From an uncultured delta proteobacterium (GTDB lineage Bacteria > Myxococcota_A > Polyangia > Haliangiales > Haliangiaceae): a stretch of DNA of 64,000 nucleotides. Below, piece by piece: positions 46,906 to 57,506 of the stretch (the first letter of the stretch is position 1; every line of letters starts with the position of its first letter). Where the stretch lies: positions 3,008,001-3,072,000 of the forward strand of contig CAWKDB010000010.1 in the NCBI GenBank assembly GCA_963848295.1, given 5' to 3'. Made by a program: the position numbers and the translations under genes. The notes beneath the pieces are model-generated. The model made no database searches. It had not been told where the DNA came from and saw only the letters and a program-made list of their open reading frames with translations.

Positions 46906-48351
46906 TCACCGCGCGACCGTCGCGCTCGATTCGGCAACGCGAACCAGATTCTTCTTCGTCGCGGCGCCGAGCCGTTGCTCGAGCAGCTCGATCACGTCGT
47001 TGCATGCGAGCTGGATGTTGCCCGCGCCGAGCGTGATCACGAGGTCGCCGGGCTTGGCCTGCGCGTCGAGCCAGGTCGCGAGGTCCTCCCGCCGTGACAC
47101 GTAGGCGATGTCCGCGTGACCGGCTTCGCGCGCGAGCTCGACGAGGCGCTGACTCGTGATGCCGTCGATCGGCTTCTCGCCGGCGGCGAAGATGTCGCAG
47201 ATCACGACCTTGTCGGCATCGTGGAACGCGCGCGGGAACTCGAGCCATTGATCGCGCGTGCGCGTGAACCGATGCGGCTGGAACGCGGCGACGATCCTCC
47301 GGCCGGGAAAGCTCGCGCGTGCACCGGCGAGCGTGGCGCGCACTTCGGCAGGGTGATGACCGAAATCGTCGACGACGGTGACCCCGCCGACCTCGCCGCG
47401 CACCGTGAACCGGCGCGCGACGCCCTCGAACTGCGCGATCGCCTTGACGTAGGTCGCGAACGGGATCGCCAAGAAGTCGGCGATCGCGAGCACGCCGAGC
47501 GCGTTCATCACGTTGTGGTGTCCCGGCATCGGCAGCACGACCTCGCCGAGCTCGTCGGCCTTGCGCCACGCGACGAACCGCGTCGTCATGCCTTCGTGCC
47601 GGATGTTGCGAGCGCGATACGTCGCTGCCGCCGAGACGCCGAACGTGACGAACCGCTTCGTCATCGTGGGCAGGATGTCCTGGACGCCGGCGTTGTCGTG
47701 GCACAGCGCGCTCATCCCGTAGAACGGCACACGGTTGCAGAAGTCGGTGAACGCCTTCTTGACGTTGTCGTACGTGCCGTAGTGATCGAGGTGCTCGGCG
47801 TCGACGTTCGTCACGATCGCGAGCGTCGGCGACAGCGTGAGGAAGCTACCGTCGCTCTCGTCGGCCTCCGCGACGAGGTAATCGCTCTTGCCCCACCGCG
47901 CGTTCGCGAGGCCGAGCGAGTTGACGCGCCCGCCGATCACCGCGGTCGGATCGAGCCCGGCCGCCATCAACACGGTGTGCATCATCGTCGTCGACGTGGT
48001 CTTGCCGTGCGCGCCGGCGACCGCGATGCCGTACTTCATCCGCATCAGCTCGCCGAGCATCTCGGCCCGCGGGATCACCGGAATCTGCCGCGCGCGCGCA
48101 GCCTCGACCTCGGGGTTGTAGCCTTTGATCGCGCTCGACACGACGACGACATCCGCGTCGCCGATGTTGGCGGCGCGATGGCCGCGCTCGATCGAGCAAC
48201 CGATGCCCGCGAGGTGGCGCGTGATCTCGGTGTCGTTCATGTCCGAGCCGGAGACCTGGTAGCCCATGTTCGCGAGCACCTCGGCGATGCCGCACATCCC
48301 CATCCCACCGATGCCGACGAAGTGGATCTTGGTGTCTGGCTTGCGAAACAT
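46906..48351 (-). CDS. murC: UDP-N-acetylmuramate--L-alanine ligase
   Basis: HFVGIGGMGM, GAHGKTTST, EADESDGSF, DDFGHHP, FQPHRFTR. Confidence 0.98.
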   Translation of the reverse strand: MFRKPDTKIHFVGIGGMGMCGIAEVLANMGYQVSGSDMNDTEITRHLAGIGCSIERGHRAANIGDADVVVVSSAIKGYNPEVEAARARQIPVIPRAEMLGELMRMKYGIAVAGAHGKTTSTTMMHTVLMAAGLDPTAVIGGRVNSLGLANARWGKSDYLVAEADESDGSFLTLSPTLAIVTNVDAEHLDHYGTYDNVKKAFTDFCNRVPFYGMSALCHDNAGVQDILPTMTKRFVTFGVSAAATYRARNIRHEGMTTRFVAWRKADELGEVVLPMPGHHNVMNALGVLAIADFLAIPFATYVKAIAQFEGVARRFTVRGEVGGVTVVDDFGHHPAEVRATLAGARASFPGRRIVAAFQPHRFTRTRDQWLEFPRAFHDADKVVICDIFAAGEKPIDGITSQRLVELAREAGHADIAYVSRREDLATWLDAQAKPGDLVITLGAGNIQLACNDVIELLEQRLGAATKKNLVRVAESSATVAR

Positions 48352-48399
48352 GGCTACCTACCGATCGAACGCCTACTTACCACGGAGTATGCTGGCGGC

Positions 48400-49245
48400 G
48401 TGAAGTGGCGAATCGCAGGTAGTTTCGCGGTGCTCGTCGCGGCTAGCTCGCCGGTCTCGGCGGATGACAGTTGCAAGGCCAAGGCGGCGGATCTCGCCGC
48501 GTTTGCGAAGGGGTTGCCGGGCGACTCTTACGTCCTGCCGAGCTCGGCGCTGCATCTCGTGCAGCGTAGCGATGCGGTGCCGGCACCCAAGGCGACGATC
48601 GGTGGCACGGTCGAGCTCGCCGAGGGCAAGCTCGAGCAAGGCGGGCGGAGTTACGAGCCGACCGACCGGATGCTCGTGGAGGGCTTGGTGCTCGATCACG
48701 ACCGCGCGGTCAAAGCGGCGAAGCCACAAGAGTCGGTCCCCTACGTCTTGGCCATCGACGCCGACGAGACCTGGAGCGACGTCGTGACCACCGCCGGCGT
48801 GCTGCGCGGCGCGGGGTTCTCGAACCTGCTGCTCGCGTTCCGCGCGACCGCGATCCCGGCACCGCCTCACAGCGCACTCGACGCCGCGGTGGCGAAGAGC
48901 ACCGAGAGCCATGCCGCGGCGGTCGCGCGCGCGCTCGAGAAGGTCGTGCACGGGTGCCCGTCGATGATCAAGATGTTCGGCCAGGTCGCGGCGCTCGACA
49001 CCGACAAGGGCGAGTTCCTGAAGTCCGAGGTCGAGCAGGCGCTCGTCGATTGTGGCTGCAATGTCGATCTGCCGTCGGTGCGATCCGCGATGTACCAACT
49101 GTTCGGCGGCGCGAGCCCGGTCGGATATTTCGCGATCGAGATCGCCGATAGCGGCAAGCCGCTCGCGCTCGCCGGCAAGACGCCGTGGAAAGACGCGCAG
49201 AAGCAGATCAAGCCGGGCGCGTCGCTGCATGTCACGGTGAAATGA
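48400..49245 (+). CDS. Secreted hypothetical protein, ExbD-like segment plus CP/CxC motifs (paralogue 1)
   Basis: Signal peptide; CKAKAADL, HLV, VLAIDADETWSDVV, GCPS, DCGC, TPW. Confidence 0.7.
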   Translation: MKWRIAGSFAVLVAASSPVSADDSCKAKAADLAAFAKGLPGDSYVLPSSALHLVQRSDAVPAPKATIGGTVELAEGKLEQGGRSYEPTDRMLVEGLVLDHDRAVKAAKPQESVPYVLAIDADETWSDVVTTAGVLRGAGFSNLLLAFRATAIPAPPHSALDAAVAKSTESHAAAVARALEKVVHGCPSMIKMFGQVAALDTDKGEFLKSEVEQALVDCGCNVDLPSVRSAMYQLFGGASPVGYFAIEIADSGKPLALAGKTPWKDAQKQIKPGASLHVTVK

Positions 49246-49277
49246 GACGGCATGGCTCGTCCGCGCGTCCGTCTAGC

Positions 49278-49661
49278 GTGCATCCAGCGAAGTTGGCGGC
49301 ATTCACAGCGTTCGCAGCTGCCTGTGGCGGCGGCGGCACGAAGGCGCCGGTGGTCGACAAAGCCGTGTGCAAGGCGCAAGTCGCCGACCTCGTCGCGTTT
49401 CTGAACACGCGCGATAACAGCCCGTGGCTCGCGGTCGATGCCGACGTTCACTTGGTGATTCGACCGACGCTGCCGTCGATCGAACGGTGGGACACGATCG
49501 TGACGCTGACCGCCGCAGGGCCGCGCTTCAACGAGCAACGTTACGGGTTCGGCGATCTCGGTCCGCCGCTCGTGCACGAGAAGCTGCGTCTCGACGACAT
49601 CATCTCCGAGCGACGTGCCCAACTCCAACCGGGCACCACGGTGCACCTCGTGGCGAAGTGA
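49278..49661 (+). CDS. Short (N-terminal half only) lipoprotein paralogue 2
   Basis: AAAC lipobox; CKAQVADLVAFL, HLVIR; start uncertain. Confidence 0.6.
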   Translation: MHPAKLAAFTAFAAACGGGGTKAPVVDKAVCKAQVADLVAFLNTRDNSPWLAVDADVHLVIRPTLPSIERWDTIVTLTAAGPRFNEQRYGFGDLGPPLVHEKLRLDDIISERRAQLQPGTTVHLVAK

Positions 49662-50521
49662 AGCGAGCGCTCGTGGTCATCGCGCTTGTCGCGTGCGGCG
49701 GCAAGACCTCCGGGCCGGACTGCAAGACTCAAGTCGCGGATCTGATGACGTTCTTGCACGCGATGGATCATTCGATCCCGGTGAGCTACGAACCGAGCGC
49801 ACACCTCGTCGTGCGGCAAGAGCTGCCATCGAAAGATCCGCCCGACGGGCCGGTGATGACGCTGGTCGGCGGCAAGACCTTCCTCGACGGCAAGGCCTTT
49901 GCGCCGACCGAGCTCGGCGCTGCGCTCACCGCTGCCAAACAGCGCATCGACGAGAGGATCGAGCGGCGTCACCTCGAAGGACGGCTCGACTCGCGCCACG
50001 TGATGCTCGCGGTCGACGAGAACGCGACCTGGGGCGACTTCGTACTCGCGATCGAGACGCTCACTCGCGCCGGGCTCGACAAGCCGGTGTTGGTGTACGG
50101 CAAGGCATCGCGGGTGGCCGCACCGCCGCGTGTCGCGATCGACGACCAGATCGACGCGATCCACCAGGGCGACCCCGAAGCCGCCAGCGCTCTCGCACGC
50201 CTCGCGACGACGATGGCGTCGCCGTGTCCTGCGCTCGGCAAGGTGTTCGGGGCAGTGGCGTCCGACGAAGGCGGCGACAAGGCGCAGGTGATCATCGATG
50301 GATCGGGGCCGGCGTTGCTCGAGTGCAAGTGCGCGGCCGATGTCGCGTCGTTTCGTGCGGTGATGTGGCGCATCGCCGGCAATCTGCACCCGAGCGCGCT
50401 CCTCGAGCTCACGATCGACAAGACCGGCGAGCCGATCGCGTTTCCAGCGGCGACGCCGTGGCGCGAAGCGGGCAAGCGCCTCGGCATCAACGCGACGATC
50501 TGGCCGAGCCTGACGCCCTAG
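49658..50521 (+). CDS. Lipoprotein paralogue 3, ExbD-like segment plus CP/CxC motifs
   Basis: LVAC lipobox; CKTQVADL, HLVVR, VMLAVDENATWGDFV, PCPA, ECKC, TPW. Confidence 0.72.
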   Translation: MKRALVVIALVACGGKTSGPDCKTQVADLMTFLHAMDHSIPVSYEPSAHLVVRQELPSKDPPDGPVMTLVGGKTFLDGKAFAPTELGAALTAAKQRIDERIERRHLEGRLDSRHVMLAVDENATWGDFVLAIETLTRAGLDKPVLVYGKASRVAAPPRVAIDDQIDAIHQGDPEAASALARLATTMASPCPALGKVFGAVASDEGGDKAQVIIDGSGPALLECKCAADVASFRAVMWRIAGNLHPSALLELTIDKTGEPIAFPAATPWREAGKRLGINATIWPSLTP

Positions 50522-51007
50522 TTACGGCGTGACGAACTGACCGCCAACCGAAATCGTGTAGTCGGTGCCCGCTGGCAGTTCGAGCACGAGCGGCGACGCG
50601 ACCTCGCCATCGCACAAGGTGCCGGCGTATGTGCCGATCTCGATCGGCTGACCCGCGACCTGCGTGTAGATCGTGATCGCGGTGATGCACGCGCCCTCAG
50701 GGCCCGAGGTCACTGCGATGTGGTCGAGCGTGAGCTGAGTGCTCGAGATCAGCGCGACCCACGTCATGACGGTCACCGGGGACAGCTCGATCGTGGTGAC
50801 CGGGCACGCCGAAATGTCGCCTCCGGGCGGGCTCGAGCAGATCTGCGTCGCCGTCGGTGCCGTCCGGAACGAGTCGCCGGTCGGTGCGGTGCCAGGCGCG
50901 TTGCTGGTGCCGCCGGCATGGCCCTGCTGGGGTTCGCTCGGCCCGCTCGCTGGGTCGACCGCGCAGCCAGCCACCAGAACAAACGCGAGTGCAAATCGGC
51001 CCATCAT
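50522..51007 (-). CDS. Hypothetical lipoprotein
   Basis: VAGC lipobox; four further Cys. Confidence 0.6.
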   Translation of the reverse strand: MMGRFALAFVLVAGCAVDPASGPSEPQQGHAGGTSNAPGTAPTGDSFRTAPTATQICSSPPGGDISACPVTTIELSPVTVMTWVALISSTQLTLDHIAVTSGPEGACITAITIYTQVAGQPIEIGTYAGTLCDGEVASPLVLELPAGTDYTISVGGQFVTP

Positions 51008-51068
51008 GCTTCTAGCCTACCAGTCCGTACATCGCGCCTACAAGCGAATTCGTCGGGGCTCGAGCCAA

Positions 51069-52145
51069 CTACCGCTGACGCTCGCACCAATCGATCACCG
51101 CCGCGGCGGCACCGGGCTTCGCGAGCGAGCGCATCGCCTCGCCCATGGTGGCGCGGCGGTTCGGATCTTCGAGCAGCGGACGCAGAGCCTCGGCGAGCGC
51201 GCTCGCCGTCAGATCGGCCTGGCGAAACATCAGCGCGGCACCCTTGGCGGCCATCTCGCGCGCATTGAGCTCTTGATGATTGTCGGCCGCGGTCGGAAAC
51301 GGGATGAACACTGCCGGGACGCCGGCGATCGCGAGCTCGGCGACGGTGGTCGCGCCGCTGCGTCCGATCACGAGGTCGGCGGCCGCGTAGGTCGACGCCA
51401 TGTCTTTGATGAACGCGCGGCAGTCGGCGGCGACGCCGGCGGTGCGATAGCGCGCCGCGGTGGCTTCGAGATCCTTCTCGCCGGTTTGATGCGTGATCGC
51501 GAGCGCGTGATCCTTCGCGAGCGCGATCAGCGCGGCCGAGGCGAGCTCGTTGACCGCGATCGCACCCTGCGAGCCGCCGGAGACGAGCACGTGGACCGTC
51601 GCACTCGGCTCGCGCGCACTCGGAGCGAGCAAGCGCTGGAGCAGCTCGCGGCGGACCGGGTTTCCGGTCATCAGGATCTTGTTCGGCTTGAAGAACCGGC
51701 GGCTCTCGTCGAACGACAGGAACACGCCGCGCACGACGCGACCGAGCAACTTGTTCGTCAAGCCCGGGATCGAGTTCTGCTCGCAGATCGCGGTCGGGAT
51801 CCCGCGCAGCCGCGCCGCGAGCACGACCGGTCCGCTCGCGTAGCCACCGACGCCGATCACCGCGTCGGGGCGGAGTCGTTTCAACAGCCGGCGCGCCTGC
51901 CACAACGCGCGCGGCACGCGAAATAATCCGCGGATCGCTCCGAGTGCGCCGACCGTCTTGAGCCCGCTGATCTCGATCAGCTCCAGTGGCCAGCCGAGCT
52001 CCGGCAGGATCCGCGCCTCGATGCCGCGCCGGGTGCCGACGAACGTGATCGTCGCGCCCGGATCGCGCGCGCGCAGCTCTTCGGCGATCGCGACGCCGGG
52101 AAACAGGTGGCCGCCCGTTCCGCCGCCGGCGATCACCACGTTCAT
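51069..52145 (-). CDS. murG: Undecaprenyldiphospho-muramoylpentapeptide beta-N-acetylglucosaminyltransferase
   Basis: AGGGTGGH, GGYASGP, EQN, GNPVR, GGSQGA, RSGATTVAE, HQELNA. Confidence 0.97.
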   Translation of the reverse strand: MNVVIAGGGTGGHLFPGVAIAEELRARDPGATITFVGTRRGIEARILPELGWPLELIEISGLKTVGALGAIRGLFRVPRALWQARRLLKRLRPDAVIGVGGYASGPVVLAARLRGIPTAICEQNSIPGLTNKLLGRVVRGVFLSFDESRRFFKPNKILMTGNPVRRELLQRLLAPSAREPSATVHVLVSGGSQGAIAVNELASAALIALAKDHALAITHQTGEKDLEATAARYRTAGVAADCRAFIKDMASTYAAADLVIGRSGATTVAELAIAGVPAVFIPFPTAADNHQELNAREMAAKGAALMFRQADLTASALAEALRPLLEDPNRRATMGEAMRSLAKPGAAAAVIDWCERQR

Positions 52146-53413
52146 GCAGTCACGACGCGCACGCGAACGCGTTTCTTCCGCGCCAGCTCGCGCGAGCTCT
52201 CTCGGACCGGCGCACGTCGCTCCGGCCGGCGCCCGACGTTGAGCACGAGCCCGACGAGGAACATCGTGATCACGAGCGAGCTGCCGCCGTAGCTGACGAG
52301 CGGAAGCGTGATGCCCTTGTTCGGCACGACCCCGAGCACGACGCCGATGTTGAATAGCGCCTGGACGCCGAACAACAGCGTGATGCCGTAAGCGAGATAG
52401 CCGCCGAACACGTCGCGTGCGCCGAGGGCCGCGCGCAGGCCGCGCCACACGATGATCGCGAACAGCACGATCACCGTCGCGATGCCGAGCCATCCCAGCT
52501 CCTCGCCGATCGTCGCGGCGATGAAGTCGCTGTGCGCTTCCGGCGTATAGCCAAGGTTCTGGAGCCCGCCGCCGAGCCCCGCGCCGGACATGCCACCCGA
52601 GGCGAGCCCGAGCCGAGCCTGCAGGAACTGATAGGCCTCTTTGTTCGCGAACGCGTCCGGGTTGATGTACGCGAGGAACCGCTGCATCCGCCACGGCGTG
52701 CCGACGATCAGGTGATACGCGACCGGCGCCGAGCCGAGCACGGCGAGCATGATGTACGAGATCCGCGTGCCGGCCATGAACAGCATGCCGAGCGTCGTCG
52801 CGCCGAGCACGATCGACGAGCCGAGATCCGGCTGCTTGAGCAGCAGCGCCATCATCGCGCCGCACACGACGAGGTGAGGCACGAACCCGACGGTGAACGT
52901 CTTGAGATGATCGGCTTTGCGGCCGAGCGAGTACGCGAGGTACGTCACGAGCGCGAGCTTCGCGATCTCGACCGGCTGGAACGTCAGCGGGCCGAGCGGG
53001 ATCCACCGCTTCGCACCGTTGCGCGAGTGGGTCGCGAGCGCGACTGCGAGCAACACGAGCGCGATCACGAGCAGCGGATAGGTCCACGACCGCAACCGGC
53101 GATAGTCCATGCTCGCGCCGAACCACAGCGCGACACCGCCGACCGCGACGTACGCGATCTGGCGTACGAGGTAGTGCGCGGCGTCGCCGTAGTGAGTCAG
53201 CGCGTCCGCGGCAGTCGCCGAATAGATCTCGATCGTGCCGATCGCGAGCAACCCGAGCATCGCCGCGAGCAACCACAGGTCGTAGGGCCGCTCCGGCAAC
53301 GTGACGCTCGGATGCTGGACCGCGATCACCTGCGCGGGCCCGGGCAGCGCGGGCTCGACCTGCCGTTTGCGCAGACGTTCGCTCCACGCGAACAGAGTGC
53401 GCAACACCGGCAT
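52142..53413 (-). CDS. ftsW: SEDS peptidoglycan polymerase FtsW
   Basis: NGAKRWI, FQPVEIAK, QPDLG, PEAHSDFI, LPLVSYGGSS. Confidence 0.96.
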   Translation of the reverse strand: MPVLRTLFAWSERLRKRQVEPALPGPAQVIAVQHPSVTLPERPYDLWLLAAMLGLLAIGTIEIYSATAADALTHYGDAAHYLVRQIAYVAVGGVALWFGASMDYRRLRSWTYPLLVIALVLLAVALATHSRNGAKRWIPLGPLTFQPVEIAKLALVTYLAYSLGRKADHLKTFTVGFVPHLVVCGAMMALLLKQPDLGSSIVLGATTLGMLFMAGTRISYIMLAVLGSAPVAYHLIVGTPWRMQRFLAYINPDAFANKEAYQFLQARLGLASGGMSGAGLGGGLQNLGYTPEAHSDFIAATIGEELGWLGIATVIVLFAIIVWRGLRAALGARDVFGGYLAYGITLLFGVQALFNIGVVLGVVPNKGITLPLVSYGGSSLVITMFLVGLVLNVGRRPERRAPVRESSRELARKKRVRVRVVTA

Positions 53414-53553
53414 CGAGTCATCCTCATCGGGAGCTCGCAGCTGCGCCAGTTTTCGGCGTGCGCGCGCAACCGCGCCTCGTCGGGCGCCCGCGCCCGGTTG
53501 GATACGGCGGTTCGCACAGTTTGGATGGCACGGTCGATGCTCTTCGTCGGGCC

Positions 53554-53937
53554 ATGAACAACCTAAGAATCGTCATGCGTGGCTTGGTATTCTCGGTGTT
53601 GCTCGGGGTCGGCTGCACCGGCACCGGCGAGATCGAATACGGCGGTGGCGTCGAAACCCCGGACCTGGTCGACGCCGGCGACGGCGTCCAGGTGGTCGCG
53701 GACTACGACGAGCCCGTGTTCTTCAGCGACGGCTTCTACTGGCGTCACGGCGGCGATGGCTGGTACCGGTCGCACAACTACGCGGGCGGGTTCGTCCACA
53801 TCGACGCGCCACCCGCGCGCATCGGTCACATCGATCACCCGGAGCGGTTCGTCCACTACAAGCCCGCGAACTACACCGCGCATCATCGGGCGACGAGGCG
53901 GCCCGAGCCGATCGGCCGCGTCCACGCCGCTCGTTAG
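53554..53937 (+). CDS. Small hypothetical lipoprotein
   Basis: LGVGC lipobox; VQVVADYDEPVFFSDGFYW...WYRS. Confidence 0.7.
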   Translation: MNNLRIVMRGLVFSVLLGVGCTGTGEIEYGGGVETPDLVDAGDGVQVVADYDEPVFFSDGFYWRHGGDGWYRSHNYAGGFVHIDAPPARIGHIDHPERFVHYKPANYTAHHRATRRPEPIGRVHAAR

Positions 53938-53993
53938 CCGCGAGTCGTCCTGACCCACTGATCGTTCGGCCCGGGCTACACGCCACGTGCCGG

Positions 53994-54914
53994 TCAGTGC
54001 GGCCGTTCGGGTAGCGGTGGCGGCGGTGGTGAAGGCCGCGGCCGCGGCGGCGGGATCGCGAGCGGATGATCGCCACCGTCGTGGACCACCGAGCCCCAGG
54101 TCGCGTCCTCGGGCGCGGTCTCGATGATCGAGCGCTGGCCGCTCGCGAGCGCGCGGATCGGCTCGACCGCGGTGAGCGGTCTGCGCTGGAGCCACGGGAT
54201 GGCCTCGAGCAGCGCGAGGTTCGTCGCGCAGGTGCAGCCGGTGACGTGCGTGCCCAGCGTGCACAGGAGCGCCGCGTCGAATCGCGCGCCGTTCGCCATC
54301 GTCGCGGCGTCGGCCGCGAGCTGCGGGCAGTTGACCGCAGTGTCCTTCGCGATCGCGCCGACCAGCCTCGGAAGATCGGCGTGACCATCATCGGCACCAA
54401 ACACCGACGGCGGCGCGCGATGCTCGAACGCACCGTTCGCGCGGTAAGCGAAGCCGATCGTAGCGTAGCGGTCCGCCGGGTCACCCTCGGCGAGGTCGGA
54501 ATACAGCTCGCGCACGATTCTCCACGACGTTTTCGGCGCGATGCCGATCACGAGCGACGGCGACGTGCCCCGCGTCGGCGTCCACATATCGAGCTCGACC
54601 GGTCTCGCTTCGCCAGTCGGGCCGACGAGCACGATGCGGTCCGCTCCCACGACGAGGTAGTCGCTGTCCGACGTATCGGCGCCGGGCACGTCCGTCGCGG
54701 ACGCCAGCGCATCGCCGTCGATGCCGACTGCCATCTCGGCCTCCTGGACGCCGAGATGCGGCCGCGAATGCACTTCGTCGTTTGCAGCCGCGGCGTAGAA
54801 CTGCGCGAGCTGTTCGCGCGCGCTCGCACAGACCGGCCGCGCGGGCGTCGGCGGCGGGCTCGGGTCGTGCTGGCAAGCACCGAGCGCGATCGCGAACGCG
54901 AGCGCCTTAGCCAT
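53994..54914 (-). CDS. Lipoprotein, divergent paralogue 4 of the 48400-50521 family
   Basis: LGAC lipobox; CASAREQL, HLGV, LVIGIAPKTSWRIV, NCPQ, GCTC, ATW; ATG overlaps the murD end. Confidence 0.65.
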   Translation of the reverse strand: MAKALAFAIALGACQHDPSPPPTPARPVCASAREQLAQFYAAAANDEVHSRPHLGVQEAEMAVGIDGDALASATDVPGADTSDSDYLVVGADRIVLVGPTGEARPVELDMWTPTRGTSPSLVIGIAPKTSWRIVRELYSDLAEGDPADRYATIGFAYRANGAFEHRAPPSVFGADDGHADLPRLVGAIAKDTAVNCPQLAADAATMANGARFDAALLCTLGTHVTGCTCATNLALLEAIPWLQRRPLTAVEPIRALASGQRSIIETAPEDATWGSVVHDGGDHPLAIPPPRPRPSPPPPPLPERPH

Positions 54915-56297
54915 CGAGCCGCTTCGCGCCGACCGCGCTGACCGCCTCGCGAAACACGCGACCGCGATGGCCGAAGTTCTGGAACATGTCGTAGCTCGCA
55001 CACGCCGGCGATAACACGACCGCGTCGCCGGCGCTGCATAGCTCGGTCGCGCGCCGTACCGCATCGTGCATGTCGGTCGCATCGATCACCGGATAGGTGA
55101 CGCGATGCTCGGCGGCCGCCGCGCGGATCAACGGCGCCGCCGTGCCGATCAACACGATGCCCTTGCACGCGTCGTCGAGGGCTTCGAGCATCGGCGCGTA
55201 GGAGCCGCCCTTGTCGACGCCGCCGGCGATCAGGACGAGCGGCCGTGGAAAGCCGCGCACGCTCGCCGCGACCGACGCGACGTTCGTGCCCTTGCTGTCG
55301 TCGTAGTAGTAGATGTTGTCGCGGTCGCCGACCAGCTCCATGCGATGCGGCAGCGGCCGGTAGCTCTTCGCACCCGCGCGTACGTCGTCGATCGACACGC
55401 CGACCCGCCGCGCCGCGAGATACGCGCACATCGCGTTCTCCATGTTGTGGTTGCCGACGATCACGAGATCGCTCGCCGGATATCGCTCGATCGCGGTCTC
55501 GAAATGCAGCACCAGCTCCGTGCCGTCGATCACCGCGCCGCGAGTCGTCGTCGCGCCCTTGCGCGAATCAAACGTGTACAGCTCCGAGCGGATCCCAGCC
55601 GTCTCGCGCATGGTCCAGTCGTCGGCGGCGTTTGCGATCGCCATATCCTCGGCGGTCTGGCGATCCCAGATCGAGCCTTTGACGTCGGCGTAATGTTGCA
55701 TCGTGCCGAACCGATCGAGGTGATCCTCGGTGATGTTCGTGAGGATTCCGATGCGGGGCGAAAATGACGTGCAGTTCTCCAGCATGAACGCGGCGACCTC
55801 GACGACGACGAGGCCATCGGGCGCGTTCGCCGGATGATCGATCGCCTCGATCATCGGCATGTTGCCGAGGTTGCCGCCGCAGAACGTCGGTCGGCCCGAG
55901 GCCGCGCACAAGGCGCCGGTCAGCGCGGTCGTCGTCGACTTGCCGTTCGTGCCGGTGATCGCGATCAGCGTCGCCTGCGGATGCAAGAACCGATACGCGA
56001 GCTCGATCTCGGCGATGACTTCGACGCCGGCGGCGCGCGCGGCGACCATCTCGGGCAGCGTCGGTACGCCGGGCGACATCACGACGAGGTCCGCGCTCGT
56101 GAACGACGCGAGATCGTGACCGCCGAGCTGCCAGGTCACGGCAACGCCGTCGAGCTTCGCGACCTGATCCGCGAGCTTGTCGGCGGGCTTGCCGTCGCTG
56201 ACGATCACGCGCGCGCCGCGCTTCGCGCAGAACCTCGCGACCGCGATCCCGGTCTGCGCGAGCCCGACGACGACGACGGTCTTGCCGGCGAGCTCCA

Positions 56298-56298
<1 letters not shown>
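54907..56298 (-). CDS. murD: UDP-N-acetylmuramoyl-L-alanine--D-glutamate ligase
   Basis: MSPGVP, ITGTNGKSTT, DHLDR, DDSKGTN, LSPACASYDMF. Confidence 0.97.
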
Positions 56299-57505
<1,207 letters not shown>

Positions 57506-57506
<1 letters not shown>

